Assembly (NCBI GenBank): GCA_030390025.1
Contig: CM059433.1
Location: forward strand, 21,764,001-21,828,000
DNA from: Squalus acanthias
Taxonomy: Eukaryota
Reading direction: 5' to 3'
DNA: 64,000 nt
The notes beneath the pieces are model-generated. The model saw nothing but the letters and a program-made list of their open reading frames with translations. It did no database searches and had not been told where the DNA came from. Both the position numbers and the translations under genes were made by a program. Every line of letters begins with the position of its first letter. The first letter of the stretch is position 1. Below, in pieces: positions 27,057 to 38,751 of the stretch.

Positions 27057-28020
27057 GACTGGAGGATTAAAAATGTTAGGGGAGAGAGATAAACCTGGTA
27101 ACTACAGGCCTGTCAGTCTAACATCAGTGGTGGAAAAACTACTAGAGACCATTGTCAAGGACAAAATTAATTCTCATTTGGAGAATCATGGGTTGATAAA
27201 AGACAGCCCAGATCTGTTAAAGGAAAATCATGTCTGACTAACCTGATTGAGCTCTTTGATGAAGTAACAGAGAGGGTTGATGAAGGTAGTATTATAGATG
27301 TTGTATATATAGACTTTCAAAAGGAATTTGATTAAGTACCACATAACAGACTTATTCAGAAATTAGAAGCTAATGGGATTAAAGGGACAGTGGTAACTTG
27401 GGTATGTAATTGGCTAAAGGATAGGAGGCAGAAAGTAGTGGTGAACGGAGAGAAGTATGCAGTGGGGTCCCCCAGGGATCGGTATTAGGACTATTGTTTT
27501 TCTTGTTATATATAAATGACCTGGACTTGGGTATAAGTAGTACAGTTTCAAAGTTTGGGGATGATACAAAACTTGGCATCCTAGGAAATAGTGAGGAGGA
27601 TAGTAGCAGATTTCAGAAGGACATAGGCAGACTGGTGAAATGGGCAGACACATGGCAAATGCAATTTAATGTGGATAAGTGTGAAGTGATGCACTTTGGA
27701 AGGAACAACATGGAGAGGCAGTATAATCTAAATGGTACTATTTAAAGGGGATGCAAGAGCAGATGGACCTGGGGGTGCACATTCTCAAATCTTTGAAGGT
27801 TGTAGGACAAGTTGATAAGACAGTTAAGAAGGCATATAGGATACTTGGCTTTGTGAATAGGGGCATTGAATAGAAGAGCAAGAAAGCCATGCTAAGCATT
27901 TACAAATCACTGGTACGGCCTCAGCTGAAATATTGTGTACAAATCAGCCACCACACTTTAGGAAGGATATCAAGGCTTTGGAGAGGATAAAGAAGAGGTT
28001 TCCCAGGATGATACCAGGGA

Positions 28021-28325
28021 TTAGGGGCCATAAATATAAGATAGTCGCTAATAAATCCAATAGGGAATTCATGAGAAACTTCTTTACCCAGAGCGTGGTT
28101 AGAATATGGAACTTGCTATCACAAGGAGTAGTTGAAGTGACTATCATATATGCATTTAAGGAGAAGCTAGATATACGCATGACGGAGAAAGGAATAGAAG
28201 GATATGCTAATGGGTTTAGTTGAAGAGGGATGGGAGGAGGTTCGTGTGGAGCATAAACACCGGCACGGACCTATTCGGCCGAATGGCCTGTTTCTGTGCT
28301 GTAAGTACTACGTAATGCTATGTAA
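28021..28325 (+). mobile_element. 3' end of a second CR1 inserted into the first
   Basis: Second RGHKYK...FFTQ.VV.IWN.L block and its own tail (ggccgaatggcctgtttctgtgctgtaa...tatgtaa); host CR1 resumes at tgagggacttcagttatg. Confidence 0.8.
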
Positions 28326-31199
28326 TGAGGGACTTCAGTTATGTGGAGTGATTAGAGAAGCTGGGATGTTCTCCTTAGAGCAGAGCAGGGTAAGAGGAGA
28401 CCTAATAGAGGTTTTCAAAATTATGAGGGGTTTTGTCAGAGAAAGTAGGGGGAAACTTTTTCCTCTGGCAAGGAGGTTGGCAACCAGAGGTCATAGATTT
28501 AAAATAATTGGCAAAAGAAGTAGAGGGGAAATGAGGAGAATATTTTTCACACAGAGGGTTGTTAAGACCTGGAACGCACTACCTGAAAGGGTGGTGAAAG
28601 AGATTCCATAGGAACTTTCAAAAGGCAATTGGACATGAACTTGAAGAGGACTAATTTGCAGAGCTATGGGGAAAATGCTGGGGTGTGGGACTAAATTGGA
28701 CAGCTCTTTCAAAGAGCCGGCACAGGCACAATGGGCTGAATGGCCTCCTTCTTTGCTGTTAGATTCTATGATACATTTTACCTCTCTCCACTCTTTGTCC
28801 TTGATCTTTCTTTTTCTCTCCCTTTCCTCACACTTAAACTGCTCTGTGGTCATACTCTTCTCAGCCCTGTACCTATCTTTGTTACTAATCTCCCTTTTGT
28901 CACTGTGTTCTTCTTCATTCATATGGTAGTAACAAAAAGCAAATTAAAAATCAATATCTAAATCAGATCTCCAGGCCAAAGCTTCCAGTGTAACAGCGTG
29001 GATATCTTGTAGGCTGCCTGCGAATTTCCTCTGAGGGCAGTGTTCGATGATGTGCTCCTGGGCAATGTACCCTCTAATTTTTTTTTTGCACTGAACGGGC
29101 CACATACTCCTTTGAGCGCGGCCTTTTCACCTGTGAGCAAATGTAACAACAACAACTTTTACAACAACAACTTAAAAGCATATATACAGTAATGCCACAT
29201 TGCCACCCCACCGTCTCAAATCATGAGACAATCAGACAAGGTTCTATACATGTTTAACATAACTTCTTTGCTTTTGAAATGAACCCCAGTGCTTTATTTG
29301 CACTTTTATGGCTTTTTTAACCTGCGTTGCTACTTTTAATGATTTGTGAATCTGTACCCCGAGATCCCTTTGCACCTTGACCCCATTTAGACTCATACTT
29401 TCCAAGGATTAGGTAGGCTCCTTATTCCTCCTATCAACATGCACCACCTCACACTAATCTAATACTGAAATTAATTTGTCATTTAAATGCTCGTTCTGCA
29501 AGTTTGTTTACGATAGAATTAATTAAAAGCTTTTAGTTCGTCATTTACAAACTCTATTTAAAAAAAATACTTGTCAGAAATGACTGGGATATAAAAGAAC
29601 TGCATAATAATGCATTAACACTTCAGAAATGTCATTCAGTTACAACGTTATGTATCGACAAACAATCCAAAAGCCCAAGGTGAGCTGAAAGAGGCACATC
29701 GATTCATGCAATTAGTATTCATTTTAAAGTTTTCAACGTATTAGCCCATCCCTCATGTCACTATAGCAATGGCTGCACAAGCAGCAGGAGCAGCAGCTTT
29801 CCTATGGCGCTGACATGCTGTACGTCCATATCATGAATTAGAATATTAATCACAATGCAACCAGACAACCAACAAATATAAAGTGCTGCAGTTCTTTAGT
29901 TCACAGTGTTAAAAAGAATTGAACAAAAACAGGTATCCGTATTTTCAACTTCAATCACTTCTATTAATAAACGTTGTCTTCTTGAACCAGCACACCTCCC
30001 ATGTAACATGTCAGAAATGCAGCACTTAATCACAAGTGCAGAAAAACACATACACAATTTGCGTCACCGAATGAAAAACAAAAAGCAGGACAAGCTATGA
30101 TTTAACAGAAATAAACATTCATCTTTTTTCCTGGACAGGAGAACCAATCAGACTGACTTGGAAACTAATATGGTGACGTAAAGATGTTAATTTACGAATT
30201 TTGCTTCTAATGTTTTTGTCTCAAACATTCTCCGCAATATTAATCCCTGTTCTTATCACGAAAAGTGTTGAATTATTTTAGGTACAAAGTCAATAAAAAG
30301 TAATATGTAGCTCCTACAAATCCTCCCCTGCCCTCCCCCTCCTGAACAGCCTGGTTGCATGTTTGTGTAAAGCTACTCACTTCAGTCGATCGTTCAAAAT
30401 CAAATATTGAGAAATTTCAATGTTAAAATGTTTTAAGCAATTCAGAGCCTCTTTAAAAGCGTTTGGATTTCAAGAACTGGTTGAAACTTGTTTAGATGAG
30501 GGGAAAATTGATTTTTGCTTGTTTCTTCCAAAATCATATTCGAAACTTAGGGGGGAAGAAGTGTTTTTATCACTCATTTTTTGTTAAAAGTTCATTAAAA
30601 TCTTTAAATTCTTTCAAGTCTTATTGCAGCTTTGACAGAAGAAGTTACTCCAAGTTTCTCTTTCCCTTTTGAATGCTGTCATTAAACATACAACAAAAAC
30701 TAATAAAATAAACTCCAATTCCAAGCGGAGCTCAAATAAGAAAGTGAATAAAGTGGCTAAACTTCCTAAGAAGGCGGTGAGGTTATCTATCCCCAGCCTT
30801 GGCGATGAGTTGGGATCAGTTTTGGAGAAGTTGTTTCCTCTTTTTCTGCTGCCGTTCCCTCTGCCTCTCACAGATACTGAGGCACAAACAGGGGCACAAA
30901 CTTTTTCCATTCTCTCATAACATGATTTAAATAACCCATATAAATTCTTTTAAAAAGGGGACGAGCCCTGGCAAAATTTAACTGGAACTTACCGCAGGAT
31001 ATTCAACATCACTATCCCGTATTTTTTTTCGGCTTTAAACATTTATCCAAAATTTTTTTTTAAAATTCACCGCGGGCCTCAAACTTGTTTGCTTTACCCT
31101 CCTTCCAGTGGCCATTGTACATGTGCTGCCTCTCCATCTGTGTTGTTCCAAAGCGCGGCCAGGAACGGACTACACGCGCCTGGAGTGGACCCTCACCCA

Positions 31200-31415
31200 T
31201 CTCTCTCTCTCCCTCTTTCGCTGTCTCTCTCTCTCTGTCCCTCTCTCCCTCTGTTTCTCTCTCTCTCTGTCCCTGATTCCCTCTGTCCCTGTCTCTCTCT
31301 CCATCTCCCTCTGTCCCTGTCTCTCCCTCTGTCCCTGTCTGTCTGTCTCTCTCTCTCCCTCTGTCCCTGTCTCTCACTCTCTCTCTCTATGTCTCTCTCT
31401 CTTGTTGTCTCTCTC
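31200..31415. repeat. CT/CTGT-rich low-complexity repeat
   Basis: Direct reading. Confidence 0.9.
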
Positions 31416-31778
31416 TGCAAAGAACATCAGAGCAAAAGGAGAAGCAGAGAATCAGTGTCGGTTCAGGAGAGAGCTTTCCTCCCATTTTTTTAAACATTTG
31501 AAATCCAGTCAATGTTGAAAAATGAGCAGAATTCTTTCCCTCTTAGGGGAAACGCTTCTTGACAATGCTTTCCTATTTGTGCTCTTGTGGTAATGAAGGT
31601 GCTCATATCAGACTCCAGCTCCAATAAACTGTTCGCAATTAATTGAATGCCCTTAGTGTCCCAGTTCAGTGTAATCCTGAGCGATAACTGCCAGCAGGTT
31701 TTAGGAGAGAAGAGTAAATGAGGCCCTGACAGTGGATGTTAGATTTTTTTTAACCACTAATGTAAGAAGCGTAGGGAA

Positions 31779-31969
31779 TCTCTCCCAGTCTCTCTCTCTA
31801 TCTCTTCCTCTCTTCCCCAGTCTCTGTCTCTATCTCTCCCTCTCTTCCCCAGTCTCTCTCTCTCCCCAGTCTCTCTCTCTCTCTCTCTCTCTCTCCCAGT
31901 CTTTCTCGCTCCCTAATCTCTCTCTCTTCCCCCCAGTCTCTCTCTCCCTCCCAGTCTCTCTCTCCCCTT
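31779..31969. repeat. (CT)n-CCCCAGT minisatellite, left part (split by the Gypsy insertion)
   Basis: Repeating ccccagtctctctctct units. Confidence 0.9.
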
Positions 31970-32259
31970 TGTGATATCTTGGGACACAGCAATATATACA
32001 ACAGCATAACGTAGCTTCCGGTAAGAACTGCACTGCACATGGCTTTATTATTATATACATCAGTAATCCACCAGGTGGCTCTATTACACTTCTCCCTCCT
32101 TAATGAAGAAGTTAATCATAGCAAATAATCATTGTACATAACTTGCATGGTATACACAACTCTTGGTATACATTTCTCAAATGGAACCCATTTTATGTTT
32201 CCAAATTCTACTCTAGAATTCTGTAACACAAACAAAAGATATGAACTTATTTTCCATAT

Positions 32260-35200
32260 TTACAGATTAAACTTAACCACTGGTTTTCTGTTTCGAAGAG
32301 GATACCTTCTTTCTTGAACAGAACTTTCAGATCTTGTTGTAGGGCTTTGACTCTTTCTAGGCTGAGCCTGTGGAGAATTTTTCTCCACGGGCTGACCTTG
32401 ATCTACATTTGGACTCTGTACACTTTCAGACTGTTTGTCTGCCTGACTCGGGCTCAGACTTAAATTCTGACTTTGTTTTGGACTTGTTTCTAGTATGTCT
32501 GATGTAGGATTTGCTACTGGTACTCTACTTGTAACAAGACTGCCTGACTCATCAGAATAAATTGAATCATCCCAGCTTTCAGCTCCTTCCACATCTGTAG
32601 GTAATATATGATCAATGTGAACAAACCTAACCTTTCCATGATCAAACATCTTGACCAAATATAGGGCCACATATCTTCACTACTCGTCTTGGTAACCACT
32701 TTAACCATTTATGGTGATGGTTCTTCACTCTAACATTCTGGTTCAACTTCACACTTCTCTCTCTACCTCTATCTTTATCACTCTCTGACTTGATTGTTTC
32801 TCTTCTACAGACTGTGCCAAGTTTGGCTTTAACAACGAGAACCTGGTTCGTGACTGTCATCTGAGAAACAACTCTGCTGGTTTTCTACCAGTAGTGGTAT
32901 GAGGAGTATTCCGATAGGTAATCAGAAAATTTGCCAGTTTCTGGTCCAATGACAACTGATGTTTCTTTGGATTTGGATCCAACATTTGCTTGACGAGGGC
33001 ATGTTTGACAATTTGTACTGTACACTCTGCTGCACCATTTGAAACAGGGTGGTACGGAGGAACTTTGGTATGTTTCACACCGTTTCTGCTCATGAACTGT
33101 GTGAACTCTTCTGAGCAAAATTGCAACCCATTATCCGACACAATTTCTTCTGGGAGGCCGTATGAAGAAAACAATCTTCTCAAATTGTCTAGTGTTTTGC
33201 TTGTTGTTATTATCCGCATTGGAAACACCTCTACCCACTTTGAGTGACTATTTATCACTATGAACAATTGCTGTCCTTCTAGCACAGCAAAATCTACATG
33301 TCACCTTTGCCACACTCTGGGAAGCCATTTCCATGGCTGTAATGGTACTATCGGACTTCACCTGACAAATGAGCAGCGCTCCGAAAGCTTGTGATTTCAA
33401 ATAAAACTGTTGGACTATAACCTGGTGTTGTGCGACTTCTCACATTTGTCCACCCCAGTCCAACACCGGCATCTCCACATCATGTAATGTTACTGATGGT
33501 GGTTTCTTGCACACCGATTGACATGTTGTACACTGACTGACTATGTACTCTATCTCTTTATCTAAACCTGGCCACCATAAGTAACTGTGTGCAAAGCTCT
33601 TGGTCAAGCACATTCCCAGGTGCTGGTCATGAAGATCTCCTAACAATTTAGACCTGAACCTATTTGGGATAACCACTCTTGCTTCCCACATGATACAATC
33701 TTTATCCACTGACAATTCATTCCTATGAACGAAGTATGGATGGATATCTTTCTCTGGTACTAGTTTGGCCATCCATTTGCTATGTAATCGTACACCTTTG
33801 ACATAATTGGGTCACGTTTGGTTGCCCTACCAATCTCTTCAGCTGTGACTGGCAGCTCATCAATGTATGAGAAATAGAACACTTCTTCCTTATTGGGTGT
33901 AACTTGTGATGGGGATGGCAACCTGGACATAGCATCAGCATTACTGTGATCAGCTGATCGTCTGTACTCCATGTCATACTTTTATACGCTGACAAAATCA
34001 AAGCCCATCTCTGCATTCGGGCTCCAGCTAAGGTTGGAACTGGGGACTCTGGATGGAGGATTGCTGTCAGGGGCTTATGGTCAGTAACTATGGTAAACTT
34101 ATGACCAAACAAGTATTTGTGAAATTTCTTGACCCCAAAAATCAATGACAAAGCTTCCCTTTCGATCTGCATATAATTCTGCTCACTGGCACAGAGAGTG
34201 CGTGAAGCAAAAGCAATTGGTCTGTCCTCCCTACTATCTAGTACATGAGAGATCACTGCCCCAATTCCGTACGGAGAGGCATCACACGCTAGCTTGATCT
34301 GCTTAGATACATCATAGTGAACTAACATGGTACTCTCTACTAACTGGCTTTTACACTCTTTGAATGCTGTGTCGCATTCTTTTGACCACTTCCAAGGGAC
34401 CTGTTTTCTCAACAGTTCATTCAGTGGATGTAACAATGTAGCCAACTTTGGGAGGAACTTTCCATAATAATTCAAAAGACCCAAAAATGATCGAAGTTCA
34501 GAGACATTCTTGGGAGTGGGTGCATTTCTGATTGCATCCAGCTTTCCCTTGGTTAGATGTAAACCATCTTTGTCTACTCTGTGCCCGAAGTACTCCACTG
34601 AGTTTTGAAACAACTCACACTTGTGAGTTGTCACTCGTACTCCGTGCTTCTCTAGCCGTTTGAGCACTTTATTCAACACCTCATCATGGATTTGCCTGTT
34701 TGGTGCTGAAATGAGTATGTCATCCAAATAACACACTACCCCTTCAATCCCTTGCAAAATTTGGTTCATCACCCCCTGGAATATCTTTGGGGCAGAAGAC
34801 ACTCCAAATGGTAGCCTATTGAACTGATATAGGCCTCGGTGAGTATTTATAATTAAGCATGACTTGGACTCTTCATCTAACTCAAGTTGTAGGTAGGCGT
34901 TTGTTAGATCTAACTTTGAAAAGATCTGGTCACCTGTCAGCGTTGTGAACAAATCTTCCACATTTGGCAATGTATTGGGTAGATTATACTCTAGAACCTA
35001 GTTTACGGTTACCTTATAATCACCACACAACCTTACCTTACCATCTGACTTAGGTACAACAGCAATGGGTGTAGCCCAATTACTCAGATCTACCTTAGAG
35101 ATAATGTTCTCAGTTTCTAGTCCTTTGAGTTCTTGCTCAACTTTCTCCTTGAGTGCGTATGGTACAGGATGTGGCTTGCAGTAAACTGGTCTTGTGTCCT

Positions 35201-36515
35201 TCTGCACTCTGACACTCACCTTGAAGTCTTGGATCGGACTGCCCGTTTCACTGAACACCTTTGGATACTGCTTGATGACATCATCTTTCGATGCAAATTT
35301 TGCTTCCACACGAAAAATCTCATTCCAATCCAACTTCTGTGATGCCAACCAATTTCTACCTATCAAGGCAGGCTTATCTCCTGCCACTACTATGAGAGGC
35401 AAGCTCTGACACTGATCCTTGTATTTCACTGGTATGGTGACACTTCCTACTACAGGAATTTGCTCTCCTGAGTAGCCTCGCAGCTCTACCTTCGATTTCT
35501 CTAGTCGATAATCACGCAACTTGTCGTGATATAGTGATTCTGGTACAACGCTCACAGATGCACCAGTGTCGATTTCCATGGATATCCTGGTTCTTGCGAC
35601 ATCTACTTGGATGACGATACCTCGCGAATCGCTGTTAGATACCTTTGTGCTCCTGATGACGTGAATCTCCAGAAACTCCTCGTCCTGCTGCTTCTCTTCA
35701 ACGGTGTGTAGTGTCTGGTGATTTCTACTTCTAGCATTGCCAGTTGGTTTACTCTTCTGTCGGCCGCCTTCGCAAGATGCCCAGTTTTCTTGCAGTAGAA
35801 ACACTCTGCCTTCACATACAGACAGCATTGAGCGATGTGTTGTCCCAGGCACCGATAGCACGACTTCAATGCACTGTTAACTTGGCCAGTTGCTGAGGCC
35901 TTGGGGCCCAACTGCCTTTTACTTTTAGCCTGCAGCCGATTCAGCTCGGTTGTCTGACAACTGGAAATGGCGCGGAACTCTCGGGAGTATCGGTCGGCCA
36001 TATCCATCGACACAGCTGTCTGATGAGCTAAGTCAAAAGTCAAGTTAGGGGTTGTCAACAATTTACTTCTGATACATTCATTTTTCAACCCACAAACAAT
36101 GCGGTCACGCAAAGCTCGGTCCTGAAAGTTTCCGAAATGACAGTGAATGGATAGCTTTTTTAAAGCTACAATGTACTCACTGATACCCTCGTCATTTAAT
36201 TGATCACGTGTTCCAAAACGATAACTTTCAGCAATTTCCAGGGGCTCAGGACTGTAGTGCTGTTCTAACTTGGTTAGGATCTCCTTCAGTGGCGTCTCCT
36301 TCGGCTTGGCGGAACAAGCACATTTTTCAGGGTTTCATACACCTCGGGGCCTGCTTCAGTCAAAAAAAATAGCCCATTTCATTACAGTTTAGATCATCGG
36401 GGACTTCGACGATACTAGTGAAAAACATTTCTAGCCGCTCCACATACGCTCCAAAAGTCTCTCAGTCGCGATGGAACTCACCCAAGCACCCTATTATTCC
36501 CATAGGCGCGGCCAT
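32260..36515 (-). pseudogene. Gypsy gag-pol with stops and frameshifts
   Basis: Gag from ATG at 36515 with two Zn knuckles (CYRCLGQHIAQCC, CFYCKKTGHLAK); protease IDTGAS; RT LPFGV, YLDD; RNase H CDAS, EREAL, TDHKPL; integrase H..H...C..C, SDNG, NGAAE. Confidence 0.95.
33350..33482 (+). mobile_element. Penelope-like terminal fragment nested in the Gypsy integrase; degenerate hammerhead (CUGACAA) at 33358-33394
   Basis: Same sequence as 40554-40685; TSD tgtaatggtact / tgtaatgttact (33338-33349, 33483-33494). Confidence 0.85.
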
Positions 36516-36808
36516 CTGGACTCTGGCAACATCCACAGTTCAGCCACGTGTGCTCAAAATTTACCTCGGATTTTTAAGTTTTTCTGCAAAACGAAGAACC
36601 TCTAACAGTCCCTCCGTCGGTTGGAAGGATTATCCTCCAACAAAAATTTCAGCTAGGGAATCCGCAGTCGCACCCTCATCGCCAATTCCGTGATATCTTG
36701 GGACACAGCATATATATACAGCAGCACAACATGGCTTCCGGTAAGAACTGTACTGCACATGGCTTTATTATTATATACATCAGTAGTCCACCAGTTGGCT
36801 CTATTACA

Positions 36809-37612
36809 CCCGTCTCTCTCTCTCTCTCTCTTCCCCAGTCTCTCTCTCTCTCTGTCTCTTCCCCATTCTCTCTCTCTCTCTCTTCCCCACTCTCTCTCTC
36901 TCTCTCCCCGTCTCTCTCTCTTCCCCAGTTTCTCTCTCTCTTTCTCCCCCCGTCTCTCTCTCACCCCCAGTCTTTCTCTCTCTCTCTTACCCAGTCTCTC
37001 TCTCTCTCCCCCCTCAGTCTCTCTCTCTCGCCCAGTCTCTCTCTCTCTCTCCCCAGTCTCTCTCTCTCTCTCCCCCAGTTTCTCTCTCTGTCTCTCCCCC
37101 AGTCTCTCTCTCTCTCTCCCCAGTCTCTCTCTCTCCCTCAGTCTCTCTCTCTCTCTCTCTCGCTCCCCCGTCTCTCTCTCTCTCCCAGTCTTTCTCTCTC
37201 TCTCCTCAGTCTCCCTCTCTCCCTCCAGTCGCTCTCTCTCTCACCCAGACTCGCTTCTCTCTCCCCGAGCCTTTCTCTCTCACCCAGCCTCGCTTCTCTC
37301 TCCCCCCAGTTTCTCTCTCCCAAGTCTCTCTTCTCTCTCTCTCCTCCGTCTCTCTCTCTCCCTCCAATCGCTCTCTCTCTCACCCAGACTGGCTTCTCTC
37401 TCCCCGAGCCTTTCTCTCTCACCAAGCCCCGCTTCTCTCTCCCCCCAGTCTCTCTCTCTCTCTCTCCCCCAGTCTCTCTCTCTCTCTCTCCCCCAGTCTC
37501 TCTCTCTCTCTCTCTCCCCCAGTCTCTCTCTCTCTCTCCCAGTCTCTCTCTCTCTCTCTCCCCCAGTCTCTCTCCCTCTCTCCCCCAGTCTCTCTCTCTC
37601 TCTCTCTCCCCC
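36809..37612. repeat. (CT)n-CCCCAGT minisatellite, right part (~800 bp almost pure pyrimidine on +)
   Basis: Direct reading; source of spurious Ser/Leu and Arg/Glu ORFs. Confidence 0.95.
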
Positions 37613-37720
37613 TTTCGATCCTCGCTCTCCCACCCCAACAGATCCAGTCATCTTGTTGCAAAGCATGGCCTGTACTGTAAGCCGCAACGGTGGGGTACTG
37701 CGCATGTGCTGCTTCGGCAT

Positions 37721-38751
37721 ATTCGTTTATGGGATGTGGGCATCGCTGGCATGGACAACATATATTGCCCATCCCTATTTGCCCTTGAGAAGGTGGTGGT
37801 GAACCGCCTTCTTGAACCGCTGCAGTCTGTGTGGTGAAGGTACTCCCACAGTGCTGTTAGGGAGGGAGTTCCAGGATTTTGACCCAGCGACGATGAAGGA
37901 TCGGCAATATATTTCCAAGTCAGGATGGTGTGTGACTTGGAGGGGAACTTGGTGGTGTTCCCAGGTGCCTGCTGCCCTTGTCCTTCTAGGTGGAAAAGGT
38001 TGCGGGTTTGGGAAGTGCTGCCGAAGAAGCCTTGATGAGTTGGTGCAGTGCATCTTGTAGATGGTACACACTGCAGTCACGGTATGCCGGTGGTGGAGGG
38101 AGTGCATAGGGGTGCATGGGGTGCCAATCAAGTGGGCTGCCTAGTCCTGGATGGTGTCGAGCTTCTTGAGCGTTGTAGGAGCTGCACTCATCCAGGCAAG
38201 TGGAGAGTATTCCATCACACTCCTTACTTGTGCCTTGTAGATGGTGGAAAGGCTTTGGGGAGTCAGGAGGTGAGACACTCGCTGCAAAATACCTTGCCTC
38301 TGACCTGCTCTTGTTGCCACAGTATTTATGTGGCTGGTCCAGTTAAGTTTCTGGTCAATAGTGACCCCAGGATGTTGATGGTGGGGGATTCGGCGATGGT
38401 AATGCCGTTGAATGTCAAGGGGCATTGGTTAGACTCTTGCTTGTTGGAGATAGTTATTGTCTGGCACTTGTGTGGCACGAATGTTACCTGCCACTTATCA
38501 GCCCAAGCCTGAATGTCGTCCAGGTCTTGTTGCATGCGGCCATGGACTGCTTCATTATCTGAGGAGTTGTGAATGGCGCTGAACATTGTGCAGTCATCAG
38601 TGAACATCTCCATTTCTGACCTTATGTTGGAGGGAAGGTCATTGATGAAGCAGCTGAAGATGGTTGGGCTGAGGACACTGCCCTGAGGAACTCCTGCAGC
38701 GATGTCCTGTGGCTGTGATGATTGACCTTCAACCACCACAACCATCTTCCT
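37721..38751 (-). mobile_element. 5'-truncated CR1-group LINE (shark HER1-like)
   Basis: GVPQGSVLSPTIFSCFINDL, FTDDC, WADKWQVTF, YKAQVRSVMEYS, WNSLPNS; tail shared with the SINE at 26738. Confidence 0.9.

Larger units (their letters stand above)
25290..28772 (+). mobile_element. CR1 LINE ORF2, near full length but frameshifted, with nested inserts
   Basis: Endonuclease RDR..KKGGGVAVLIK, GVYYR.P, VGDFN; RT NYRPVSLTSVV.KLLE, YINDLD, KFGDDTKL, WQMQFNVDKCEVMHFG, FFTQRVV..WNALP; 3' tail attctatgata. Confidence 0.95.
31970..36808 (-). mobile_element. Full-length, decayed Gypsy (Mag-like) LTR retrotransposon, ~4.84 kb
   Basis: LTRs 36689-36808 (5') and 31970-32088 (3'); PBS TGGCGATGAGGGTG (36671-36684); PPT aaggagggagaag (32089-32101); TSD ccctt/cccgt; domain order gag-PR-RT-RH-IN. 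Confidence 0.97.

Noticed and set aside
30614..30910. 98-aa minus-strand ORF with a hydrophobic stretch (small membrane protein?)
   Set aside because: Hydrophobicity follows from T-rich sequence; no recognisable family or supported exon structure.
31060..31140. YNGHWKEGKAN peptide resembling a MORN repeat
   Set aside because: Single short match lacking the following G-x-G and any second repeat; likely chance.
33780..34970. Intact or domesticated reverse transcriptase gene
   Set aside because: Part of a provirus whose gag, RNase H end and integrase carry stops, frameshifts and an insertion.
36690..37837. Long 370-379 aa Ser/Leu/Pro ORFs and antisense Arg/Glu ORFs (also 31060-32060)
   Set aside because: Artefacts of stop-free CT/GA microsatellite sequence.
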